Part shown: positions 1 through 13,400 of the stretch, piece by piece
Layout of the letters: every line of letters starts with the position of its first letter
Position numbering within the stretch: position 1 is the first letter of the stretch
Assembly (NCBI RefSeq): GCF_048593235.1
Contig: NC_133621.1
Coordinates: 203,257,238 to 203,321,237 of the forward strand
Length of the DNA stretch: 64,000 bases
Reading direction: 5' to 3'
From: Sminthopsis crassicaudata
Taxonomy: Eukaryota
Notes under the pieces: generated by a model
Seen by the model: only the letters and a program-made list of their open reading frames with translations
Told to the model about the DNA's origin: nothing
Databases searched by the model: none
Made by a program: the position numbers and the translations under genes

Positions 1-856
1 GATTTGGAGCTGAGACATAGGTTTTACTTATACTTCACAACTAATTCTGTGTTCTTGATCAAATTATTTTCCCTCTTTAGGCCTCAGTTATTATTAAAAA
101 TTATAAAATGATAATTGGATTAGATGGTCACTCGAAGTCTCTACCAAGTGTGAAGGCAATGATTCTAAATCTGAATGATTTTAATACTAAAATAGGTTCA
201 CTTGATTTAGAGATATATAAAAACCTTAAAGATCGCTGAGTCCAACTCATATTTTTTAGATAAGGAAACAGATAAGGTATTAATTGCCTAATGTAGTACT
301 TGAGTTCGTCTTCTTTACTCCCAGTCCAGCAAAACAGTGGTGATTATTTTTCTGTTTATTGCATAATTAGTTGGATTTTCCTTTGAGTTTTTCAACAATG
401 TGTTTCCTTGGATCACAGAATGGAGAAAAATATCGCTTCTCTTCATCCCAGATTCTCATTTGAAGGCTATAAACATATGTTCAACTCCTACAATAAAATC
501 AGCCAGCTCTTATAATAAAATCATAGCAAACCAATTTTATCCCTCATTCTTTGTTCACATGAAAAATATAAATTGTACTAGTACACATTCAGCGCTGTAC
601 ATATATTTTCCCTCTTTTTTGCTACATGATTGACTGAAATTCTTATTCATATATCTAGCAATTTCTTGCCTGTAAATTATAACTCAATTGTATGCTAACC
701 ATACCCCTTTATGTATATGTGTATATACATGTATAGGTATATACATGTATATATGTGTATTATATATAACATATATAATTTTAATATAGTAAAATTGAGT
801 GCTTTTACTGATAAAGAAATTAAAGCTGTTAACCTAAAAAAATTGTGTTTTGACAG

Positions 857-992
857 TACTTGTCAAGAAGCAAAGTGGTTCTGCACAGAAGCATTATGTC
901 CTGGAAGATGTAAAGTAGAAGGAAGCTCATTTACAACTTTTGATGGTGTTTCATATGAACATCCTGGAAACTGTCACTTCTTAGCTGTCCAT
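857..992 (+). CDS. MUC19: MUC19 exon (end of E module/start of VWD2)
   Basis: acag|TACT...CAT|gtatgt, 136 nt; [45 protein letters not shown]. Confidence 0.92.
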
Positions 993-3900
993 GTATGTGG
1001 TAACTTAAAATATTTTGAAAGAACTGATATTCTTTCATTCCTGATGATTTTAATTAATTCCTGAAAGAAGTACAATAATGGCCTTAATTTTGAATTACAA
1101 ATATGATTTACCTAAGGTTATTGGTTAGTTCTGTTATTTTTTGTGGTAGAGAGCTAGACCTGGGTATGGAGAACCTGACACATATGGAGTCTGTGAACCT
1201 ATAAAGTCATTTAATATCTCAGTGCTTTATGTCTCTAAAAGTATAAATTATTCATTTTTATTAGTAAAGGAAGTTTTACTCACTTGGAAATTCCTTATAC
1301 TAATGAAATCATAGATCAAGTATCTATTCCTATGAAAATACACAAGAGAAAACATCTTAACAGGGAGGCAGCTACTTCTGTAGGAGAAAAATGTTAATAA
1401 ATATGTGAGCATCTGAATAGCATTATCATACCTTTAGTGAGCTGAGTTGTAAAGTGACTGGCTGGAGCAATGTTATCCAAACTAAAGAATGCAAGAATGT
1501 AGGCAGAAAAACAAAACAAAACAAAAAAACAACAAAACCTTTGAAGTCAACATATTCCCACTTATGTTTGCTTTCTATTTTGTTGATATAAATAGCTAAA
1601 TGATTAGCTGAATATAGGGTCTACTAAAATTAAATGAAAAATGTAGGCTTCCATGAATTGCTGAGAGGAAGCATAATGTAATAAGTAGAAAGCTAGAGTT
1701 CGAAACAGGAGGATATTCATCAACTCATTTCTCTAACATATATATTTTTTGGTGGTCCTGGACAAATCACTCAACTCCACAGTAATTTTAAAGCATTTAA
1801 ATTGCAAAGAAGCTGCTGACCTGCAATGTTAGAAGCCATTTCCTCAGCTAGGAATATCACAATATCCCAATAGCAATTGAAATGGGTTCAATCTTTATCC
1901 CTTTCCAAAATTATTGAGATAATTGCTTCAATTTTTAGTGTAATTTCAATATTCAGTTTGCATAAGGGTGCTAGTGTTAAAATGTCTAGCTAACAATCTT
2001 TGAAACATGTTTGTAAATATCTTTAAAACAAACCTTTCAGTTTGAGATAAAAATATCCACTTTTCCTTTGGAATAATAGAAATTATTTAGTAATTCTTTG
2101 GTCAAAAGTTTTCTTTCATGAATTAAGGGATGAAATTCCCTGATCTGTTTTTTGGAATGTAAGAGAAATGCTTCCAGAATCCTATGGAGGGCACAGGGAA
2201 ACAGTTTAGGGTAATAGACTTACACATTGCTTAATTTCTTTAGGAAAGAATATAAATCTTCAAGTCTTTTCATTTGAACTTGGACATATCCCTTTCATGG
2301 TAGAATTAGAATTAGCACTAAAGTATGGCATAGTTCTATCTTCTCAGTATTAAGCTCTCATGGTAGTAAAGTAGCATCTCTAATACCTAATTTTTTTAAT
2401 CATGGTGAATGGGATATATAACATCATGTAACCAATAATTCTTCTTTTAATTACATTATTTTAATAGGATGAAAATTGGTCCATTAGCATTGAACTTCGT
2501 CCATGTCCAAGTGGTCAAACTGGAACATGCTTGAAAAGTATCACCCTTCTTTTAAATTCAGTAAGTAGTAAATGATAATAATAACATACATTCAGTAAGT
2601 AGCCAGTTATTGTAAATAGAATGAAAGTAAATCTAATTCATTTGGTTGTATTCCTCTGATCTAGAATGTGAAATGCTTATTTATAAACAACTTAATTTAA
2701 TATTATTTATTATTTAATGCTTACTAAACAATAATGTAAGCAACATTGTATGATATTAGCAGCGAGGCTTAATAGAATCTCCCTTCTTATGGATAAGGAT
2801 CTTTGCCTTATTTCTTTGTTACATTCTGAGAATTGTCTCTTAAATATAGTAAGAAGTCAAGTAACAAAGTTTTGTTGAATGTGAATCCCTTGAGAACAGA
2901 AACTTTCTTTTGTCTTTCTTTGTAAGCCCAGCTTGGCTTTATTGCTCAGCACATACTGGGCACTTAATCACTATTTTGTGATTTTCCAAGAGTTGTTGAG
3001 AGAAATGTAAACTGATTAAGAGAATATGCATTGAAAGTACTTTAAAAATATTATTTATACCTAACAAATATTTTGATCATTCCTGTTTATTTATTAAGCA
3101 TTTAGTCCTAAGATTTCCTGGAAAACTATATAATGAGATTCATCCTATGTATAATTACTATAAAAGAAAATTTTCATTTTGGCAATGTACTTGCCAAATT
3201 TTCTTTAAGATGCTCTACTATACAGACTTTAAAAAAACAAACTTTATGGATATCTTTTTAAAAGTTACTATCATTTCCTGCTATATAAACCTATACTAAA
3301 GAGCCCTCCATCATAATAGCAAAAACAATAAAGAAAACCAACCCCAAAAGCTACTTTGCATATTAGCTTAGATTAAAAAGAAAATCCAAATTGACTATTC
3401 CTCTAATTAGTTTAAATAAAACATTATAATTATGGTATCAAAAACATTGCAATTCAGATTTTTGAAAATATGTTCCAAAAGAAACCACTTTTGTAAATTC
3501 ATAGATTTATTAACCCTCTATTATATTCAATGCATTGTGCTAGGCACACAGACACAAAATTAAAAGTAAATAATAAATAAGCAGTAGACTTACAGTAGAC
3601 TGTAAGCCATGAATTAATGTGCGTGTTTTAATAATGACATGAACATTAGTCTCTTTCAGCTGACAAATATCTATTTAACAACGATGGTAGTGTCACGAAC
3701 AACAAGATTAAAAGGGAAGGCTATTATTTTTCAGGTAAGCTGAATATTTGTATGTAACAAATATATGAAAATTCAAAGCAAAATGATGAAATATCAAATC
3801 TTTTCATGATTGTCCTTTTTCATTTGTTAACAGATGCAATTAAGATTTTTAAAGTATCTTCCTCATACCTACAAGTAGAGACTTCTTTTGGATTAAAAAT

Positions 3901-4411
3901 GCAGATACAAATTCATCCTGTGATGCAATTGTATATTTCTATGCCACCCAACAAATTTACAAACACGTTAGGTAAGTCCTCACAAGAAATATTTTCTTTC
4001 TAAGGAATTCAGTGTAAGAAAAAATGTTTTTTTTTCCATTTGTCATTTTGTTCATGATAACCACAAAACTCCTTCATTTCTTAAAAAGCAGAAAAAAAGG
4101 AAGACCTGATTTTGCCTTAATCTAATGATTAGATGTTAGACCACTCAAATGTTAGACCACTTTTGAAAAATCTGCACAGTTAGCTTTTTAAAAATAAGAT
4201 TCCTCTATTGTAAAAAACAGTGTTATAGTGATTATAATTTCACAAATGTAGTTTATTCAACATATGTTTATAAAGCACCTGCTCTTCATATGACATTGTG
4301 TTAGGTCCTAAAGATAAAAAGATAAAAAAACAAAACAATATTTTCTCTTCAAGGAACCATCATTCAAGTAGACAAATGCAACATGAACAAAGAAGATAGG
4401 TAAATGCAAAG

Positions 4412-4453
<42 letters not shown>

Positions 4454-7400
4454 AACATACACGGACAAAAACAGAGACACACAGAGACCAATACAAAGAG
4501 AAAGAGAGAGACAAGAGAGAGAAAGTAATTTCAAGAAGTAGAGGGGGGGGACAAGAAGGACTGTCTCTAAGAAACAGCTTCTGAGCTAAGAGTTGAAGAA
4601 AGAAAGTATTTCTTAGATGGATTTGAAGAGGGTATACCTTTCTGATATAGGAAATAGACTTTGTAAAGATATAGGGTCAGAAATAGATTTGATTTTACAG
4701 AGAATAGTTAGTAGACCAGTGAAGGAAACAATATGAGATATTCCTAGAAGGGTAAGTAGAAACCAAATTGGAGAGAGCTTTAAATGCTAAGAGAATTTTG
4801 TATTTTATCCTAAAGGAAATAAGCCATTGTGGAACATTTGAAAGTAAGCGAATTCTCATTCTTTATTGTATTGCTATTGTAAAACAAAGATAATTTGACC
4901 TAAAAAAACCACTTAGTTGTCAAGAATACATAAACTTAATTAATTGTGATTTTTAAAATTTAGTTCTTTTGTCTGAAAAAAATCTGCTTCATTATTTCAA
5001 GGGAATAAAATGATATTGAAATGTCTTTTATAATAGGAAATACTAAATATTAGAAAGAGATATTTTAGGAACTGTTATTGTTATATTTATCTTTCCAACT
5101 TCTCAGACAATGCCAAGTGTGTGTGTATTGTAGTAGTAATAGTAATAGTAATAGTAATAATAATAATCACAATGTATTTTTACTGAATTGAAGTATAAAA
5201 TTTAGCTACACTATTATTTTGACTATTGTGACATTTCATTCATTTAAGTTGAATTTTTAAAATATTTTATTTTTTAACTTATATGATTTATTCTATAGGA
5301 CTCTGTGGATCTTACAATAACAAAGCAGAAGATGATTTCTTGTCAAGTCAGAACATGTTAGAAAAGACACCTCAGATTTTTGCTGATTCATGGGAAATGA
5401 TGTCTTGTCCCAAAGGAAGACCTTCTTCATGTATAAGCATAGAAAATGGTAATATCTAAAGGATCAATACTTTAAATTAACATGAAACTACATAGTTTGT
5501 TGTATCTGTAACTCAAAGCTACCAACTATCCCCAGTAACAAGATCAATTCCTGTTTTATTCTCAACGATATTTTCAAAATTGTCCAAAAGGACAATTCAA
5601 AGGAAAGGAAAAAGTTCAGAGGAAAAAGATTAGTCAAGTCCCTGTTGTATAAATGCAAGAAAGGAATAAAGAATGTCTTTGATTTTAGCAAAGGAAGTAT
5701 TTCGAATTCATGTCAGTAAGCTTAGTCATTACATTGTCTCTTCTTTTCCTTTCATTCTTTCATCTCCTCCCAAATGTTCATATTCTTACAGAAAGAGTTC
5801 TAATTTACCTCTAATTTTACAGTGAGAAAACTGAGAAATAAAGGAGTTGACAAACTTACAAAGAAAATTAACATTCAAATGAATATCGGAACTAGGACTA
5901 GAATCCAGAACTCTTAACTATTATATAGTTCATTTCCATTCAAACATGCTTTGTCCTGAATTTTAAGAATACTAAACTCTAAGTATAGAGTTCAAATATA
6001 ACTAAAATAAATATTAAAATAAAATATGCTATCTCCAATGTTAGGGCCTCTTGAATTCATTATCTTTGGGTTCAAACTAGATCTTCCCTTTTATTGATTG
6101 TGTGGCTTTAAGCAGGCTATTTAACATCCCTGAAGTCTCAGTTATTTCACCTGTAAAATGAGGATCATGATCCTTACACAAGCTTACAAGGTTGTTGAAG
6201 GAAAAATTAAAGTAGATTTCACCATCATCATCTTACAAACTATATTTTAGGACTGAAAAAAATGCTTTTCTTCAAAGATCACTTTCTCTCAGTTCAATCT
6301 ACTTTATCTTTGTTTTCATTTTTAAAAATTGATAATTTTTGAAGCAAAAAACACTATAACAAATCTTATACTTTTTCATTTCTTTGGAAATGTTGGAATA
6401 AGGCAGCTTGATGCTGGATCTTGTGTCAGAATCTGAGTTTTAATCGTGGCTTTAGCACTAATTGGGTAACCTGAGATGAATCAATGAATCACTTCTACTT
6501 TCTAGACCCCAGTTCCTACAACTGTGAAATTATTGATTTGTACTAGATCCTCTCTAAAGTTCTCTTATTCCTTTAAATAGTATTGAAATCTTGGAAAAAT
6601 TAGTATTAACTGTGATGGTAAACTTAAAATGTAATTGAAACGAAAAAAGAAAGATGGCCATTTGATATAAAATTGATCAAGGGTTTATAAAGTCATAACA
6701 AATGACTATAGAGTTTCACAGATAGTTATTTGATAGTGACCTTTATTTGTTATATTCTGGTAGCAGCATTATTTATGTAGAACAGAAAAAACCTTTTTAA
6801 GAATGTTAGGTTTCAATATCTGTTTTATAATCTCAATTGACTTACAACTAATATTTTGTGTATTACCCAATTATTTCTTTCTTTCAAAATTCAATTTTAT
6901 TTTATTTTCAGTTCCAAATTCTTTACAACTCCCTTCAATATTTCCACTCATTGAGAAACCAAGAAAAACAAAACCTATTATAAATATATTGTTGTTGTGT
7001 TCAAGAGTTTTCAATCATGTTCCATTCTTTGTGGTTCTCTGAGGTTTTCCATTTCCTTCTTCAGTTCATTTTACAGATGAGGAAACTGGGGCAAACAGGG
7101 ATAACTGATTTACTTAAATCACACAGTCTGAGGCTAATTTTAACTCAAAAAAATGAGTATTCCTGACTTCAGGCCTGGCTCTGCATCTGATGTGCCACCT
7201 GGCTGCATATACAAATATGTATAGTTATGAAAAATACTTGCAAAAGTTAATTCTGAAAAGAAAATGGGCTCTAATCTTTTCTTCATGTCTATCAGCTTTC
7301 TTTCTGGAAGTAGATAGCAAGTTTCGTCATGAGTCCTTTGAATTATGGTTGGTTGCTGTGTTCAGAGTTCTAAGTCTTTAAAACTTTATTATTTCAATAA

Positions 7401-10400
7401 TATTGTTGTTAGTCTATAAATTGTTCTCTTGGTTCTGCTCACTTCACTTTGCATCACTCCATATAACCTTTCCTATGTTTTTCTGAAACCATTCTTTTAA
7501 TCATTTCTTATAGTACAAAAGTATTCCATCACCTTCATATACCATAACTTGTTCAGCCATTCACCCACTGATTAGCAGCCTCTCAGTTTCTGATTCTTTG
7601 CCATCACAAAAAGAACTGTTATAAATATTTTTGCACATATGAGTCCTTTTCCTTTTTCTTTGTCCTCTTTGGAATATAGACATCGTAGTATTATCACTGA
7701 GTCATGCACAGTTTAGTAGATTCTGAGATGGAGTGTCTGAATTAGTTCACAATTCAACGAACAATATACCTGTTTTCTCACCTACAATATACCTGTTTTC
7801 CACAGCCCCTCTAACATTTGTCATCTTGCCAATTAGTCAATCTGATGGATATTAGGTGACATCTCAGAGTTGTTTTAATTTTTATTTCTCTAATAATTCA
7901 TGATTTAGAGAATTTTCCACTTGGATTGATAACTCTCTTCCTCTGTAAACTGTTTATTCACATCCTTCGATCATTTATCAATTGAAGAATGACTTTTATT
8001 CATGTAAATTTGACTCAGTTCCCTGTATTTCTTAAAAACAAAACTCTTATCATAGAAATTTTATGCAAATATTTCCTTCAATTTCTTCTTCTCTTCTAAT
8101 TTTAGTTACATTGGTTGTATTTGTGCAAAACTTTCATTTTATGTAATCAAAACTGTGCTTATGTCTATGTCTTTGCCTATTTCTGCTTCTCTGTCTCTGT
8201 GTATCTCTCTTTGATTCTGTCTCTATCTCTTCTCCTTTCTCCCTCTTCTTTGGTCATGAACTCTTTTCTTCTCTGTAGATCTGACAGGCAATTTCTTCTA
8301 TGCATCTTTAATTTGTTTATGATGTCACCATTTATGCAAAAATTATGTATCCACCTTGAACCTATCTTGGTAAAAGATATGAGTTATTCTGTCATTTGTT
8401 TCTGCCAGACTACTTTCCAGTTTTCAAGACAATTTGTGTTGAATAGTGAGCTCTTCCCTAATATGGGGGACCCTGATGTTTATTAAAAACCAACCAACAA
8501 AAAATATGCTCATTTGTGTCTGCATATTATGTACCTTAATTCTTTCACATACATTTAACTTCTTTTAATATCAGATTCTTATCTATAAAATCTATAATAA
8601 TAACTATAATATTTATCTCATAGAGATATTGTGAGGATCAAATGAGATTATTAATATACTCTATAAATCTTAAAGAACCAAATAAAGGTCTATAGTTATA
8701 GTAAAATATTTTTACCATAATGCTTTCAGCAATGAACTGTTATTGATATTGATTAGGAATTTTTCCATAAAATGCATTTATCTGAGAAGGTCTTATACAC
8801 TCATTCTTTATTTTCCTCAGAAAAGTTTGCTGAAAAGAATTGTTTGATTCTTACTGATCCAAGTGGGCCTTTTGCTTCATGTCATTCCATTGTGGACCCT
8901 AGATCCTACCAAGAGGTGGGTGTAGTTTAAATCTTTAATATCTCACTATTTGTGAGAAAATTTAATTTATAGTAAACAGGCTTAAAGTAGCTAGTGTGTA
9001 AGATTTTTAAAAGATAAAAATTGAAGAAAGAATAAAACTTTGATTTATCAAGATATTTCATTTTAATTTGTAAAAATGTTCATTGTAAGGATTGCATTTT
9101 CTCATTGTTAACCCAAATAATAGGCTACAAAGAAAATCTCCACATGAGAAAATATTTCGATATACATTAATGCATGTAATAATTTGTAAATGAATGAAAA
9201 GATCAACATTTTTCAATAAAACCAATAAATAATTTTTCAATAAAAATTAATTAAGCCCCTATTTTTATCAGGTATTATGGTAGGGAAACAAAGACAAGAA
9301 TGAAATAAATCTTCCCTGTCCTAAAAGAGCTCGTATTTTATTGCAAGAAAAAATATGCACACAGATGATAAATTTGTGTTCATGTGTGTAATAAATGCAA
9401 AGTAATCTCCTGAAGAAGTAAACTGTTAGAGTAGAATCTGGATATCTATATGAAATAGACTGGAACTAGGATTTGAAGGAACATAGAAATTTTATGAGTT
9501 AAAGGCAAAGAAGAAGTAGGAAAGAGAGACAGTCAGTGAAAGAGCATAGCTATTTAAAGATATTAAATCAGAGTATATTATTTTTGAAAGAAAGGACCTT
9601 AGAGCAAGAAAAAAGACCTTAGAGATTATCTAGTCCAAACCTTGAATTTTGCAGAATAGGGAAATTGAGACTCAAAAAGATTAAATTATTAGTTCTTATA
9701 ATAAATTAAATGTAGAATTGAAACTAGAATTCAGATTTATGGACGTTAAATCATTATTTTATTACTTCTATCATACAATGATACAATGGTGTTTATCTTT
9801 TTCTTGCTTTAAAGAAATGTAAAACATTCACTTGTTCTTGTGAAAATGTTCAAGATTGCTTATGTACAGCAATGGGAAACTATGTAAAAGCATGTGCTGA
9901 GAATGGAGTATACTTAAGTGGATGGAGAAAGGGCCAATGTGGTAAGCAAACTTTATTTTCACTGATCCCATTTCATCATGACTATATCTATTTTCCCTAT
10001 ATATCTTTACAAATGTATTGTTAGTACTTTTTAGATGTTCCTTTAGAACATCTTTCCTTTTTATTTTTATCTGGAGTTAATATTTCCAAATGACAGTCAT
10101 AATTAAATAAATATTTGGGGATTAAATGAATTAATGCTGAGTTAGAATTTTACCTTTAGATTATAATAAGGGCAAATCTATACCTAATCACACTTGTGAG
10201 AGTTTGTAAGAGATAATTATTAGATTTTCAAAATGAGTATTATCTGCCTTAGAGAACAAGTCGGGGCTTGATTATTTTTATTTTGTTTTAAGAAAGTAAT
10301 AGAGAAAGTGTTAATCATGCAGATTAAATTTAAAAGTGTTTTCCATACACCTCTTTTTTTGAGAACTGGTCATTAAACATTTATCACACACCCTTGGATA

Positions 10401-13400
10401 TACCTCATTTTGAGAAAATCAAATATAGAAATAATTTATGAAATGATTCAATAAATATTTTACATAAATATTTTACATAAATATTCTCTGATTCATAAAA
10501 AATGAACTGATTTATTTTTAAATTATGACTGACAAAATATGAATTTTACACAAATTTTCAAAAGCACATCTTCTGCAAAAAAAAGTTCTTAATTATAAAG
10601 AAGACTAATGATGTCCTAAGATAAACAGCTATTTTTTTTATTTCTATAAAACTGCTACTTTTTTATTGTTTTTGTAAATAGAACAAATTTGTCAAAATGG
10701 CCTGGTCTTCAAATACAATGCAAAAGCTTGCAATAGTTCTTGCCAATCATTATCAGAGAGAGATCAGAGTTGTGATGTACAAGATGTTCCAGTTGATGGA
10801 TGTGGCTGCCCTGATGGAATGTATCTTAATAGTGAAGGATCTTGTGTCCTGAAAACTCACTGTGACTGTTACATAAATGATGAAATTGTGAAACCAGGCA
10901 GAATTGCTTCCATTGATGGCAATGTATGGTATGTAAAATACAATATGATGGTTTTAACAGTGGGATCTAAGAATTATGCCCTGTTGCTCTTACTTGGACA
11001 AAACTATCAGAAAGAGACTAGTTTTTTTGCTGAGAGAAGGATTTTATTTATATCTAAAAGTTTATTTAACATGCCTAAAATTAGCATTGGCCTAAAATTA
11101 GCACATTAGAAATTTTAACTTCTTATTTGGACTTATTCTTGTCAACATTTAGCTTATTTAAGATAAGACAGTATGATGTGCTAGAAAGAATTTCAGCTCT
11201 GGAGTAAAAGGACTTGAATTGAATCTTCCTTTGCCACTTGGGTGACTTGGGAAGTCCACTTAGTTCCTCTAGGACTTAGTTCATTTATAAAATGAAAAAA
11301 GTTCAACCAAGCGATCCATAATGTTCCTATCAACTCCAAACATCATTGACCATTGGATTCCAATGGCTTCAAAAATTCCTTTGAAAAAATCATAAAGTTA
11401 TTTTAAATACCACCATTTCTGTCTAGTATACCAATATATTTTAAATGAAATGTTTTAACTGTGCTTTTAATACAGAACTAAGTGTGATGTGATATGGGGC
11501 AAACTATTTCATTACCAGATTTTTCCCTTACACAATATGAACATAGTCATAGAATCATTACCTGTAGAAGGTAGGATTTCAGTTGTGATTTAAAGGAAGA
11601 CAGGGAGGTCAGTAGTTGGGGTGAAGAAAGGAAAGAATTTCAGGCATGGTGGTTAGTTAGGAAAAATGCCAGGAGCCAAGAAATGGAGTGTCTTATTTAT
11701 ATAACATCATTATCACTTCTATCAAGATTTGGTCATAGCAATTTTTTATGGATAGAAAGATAATAATAATAAAAAATAAAGGCTAATTTCTTAATTTTGG
11801 AAGAACTTTTTCTTTACTATTTAAAAAATCATAATATTAGCACTGTTCCACTAAATGACAAAGTATTTGGTTGATTTCTACCAATTACTTTTCACATTCC
11901 TTGAGTAATACCAGATCATACAGGGATACTCATGCTTCTAAATTTTTTATCAAGTTTTCTCAAATTATCTTTAAAGTTTTGAGTAGTACAAGCCTTCAAA
12001 TTTTTGTCATTTATTTCTTTGACTTTTATTGACTTTGATTTTGACTAAATGCATCATAACAACCTAATGTTAATTCAATCAGTGCTTTGGTCAAAATGTT
12101 CATTAATATTTCAAAGAACATGAAAACCACTCTATCTCTGCCTTGCCCTTAATTTGCAGCCTCTCCTGCCCAAAATCTTTGTTTTATGACATCGATAATT
12201 AGGATTTTTAGGGATTATCATCATCATCATCATCATCATCAGTGATCATTATTATTATTATTATTATATTAATATTTCATTAATTTGGTCAAACAATAGC
12301 AGTTTATTAAGGAACCGCAATTATATGATGTGTAGTTTTTTATTGTATTTCTTTATTCATTACCAGTATCTGCAAAGATGGGAGTCTTCATTGCCAGGAT
12401 CCAATTGAGAATATCTCAAGTAAGTCAATCAATCAACATTTATTAAGTATCTACTGTGTATCAGGTACTGAGGTAAGCACTAGGTTTACAAATAGAGGCA
12501 AAATACAGCCCCTGCCTTCAAGAAGCTTACAATCTAATGAGGGAAATAACCTGTCAACAAGTATACACAAACACAGCTATATGCCAGATAAATAGGAAAT
12601 AATTAAGGATTGAGGAAGATTACCTGTAGAAAGTAGAATTTCAGTTGTGATTTAAAGGAAGACAGGGAGATCAGTAGTTGAGGTGGAGAAGGGAGAGGAC
12701 AGTCAGGAAAAAATGCCAGAAGCCAAGAAATGGAGTGTCTTATTTGTACAGCATTCAGTATCACTGGATGAAAGATATGTCAGGGAATAAAGTTTAAAAA
12801 AAATGGAAAAGTAGGTAGTACTACATGTGTTATGAGGAACTTTGAATGCAAATAAAGTAATTTATATTTGATCCCAGAGGTAGTAGGGATCCACTGGAGT
12901 TATTGAGTAAGGGCTTTAGGAAAACCATTTTAGTGGCTGGCTGGATTGTAATGGAGAGAAACTTGAGACAGGCAGAGCCAACAGCAGGTTATTGGAATAC
13001 TCTAGGTATAAAGTGATGACTACCCATTACCAGAGAAGTAGCAGTATCACAAGAGAAAAGGGTGAAATTGTACAGGTGAAATCAACAGGGTTTCAAAACA
13101 GATAGGATATGGGGACTGAGAAATAGTAGAGTCCAAGATGACTGCTAGGTTATAAGACTGAGGAACTGGGAGAATGGTTGTCTATAAACTTAGTATGCCC
13201 ACATTTTACTAAAAGAACCTGAATGAAATTCTATCTACTCAACATTATTTATTTTTTATTCTAGAAAATTGTACTGGAGGAGCTGAATATGTGAACTGCA
13301 GTGAACCAAATGCACAGCGAAGACAGGACAGAACATGTAGCTCTTGGAATATACCTAATTTTAATGTAAGTAAATGGCAAGTGCTAAATGCTAAAATACT

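Noticed and set aside
7761-7800. 23-bp tandem duplication (acaatatacctgttttc twice) and the 14-bp repeat near 10450-10485
   Set aside because: Ordinary slippage events in intronic or L1 sequence with no sign of function.
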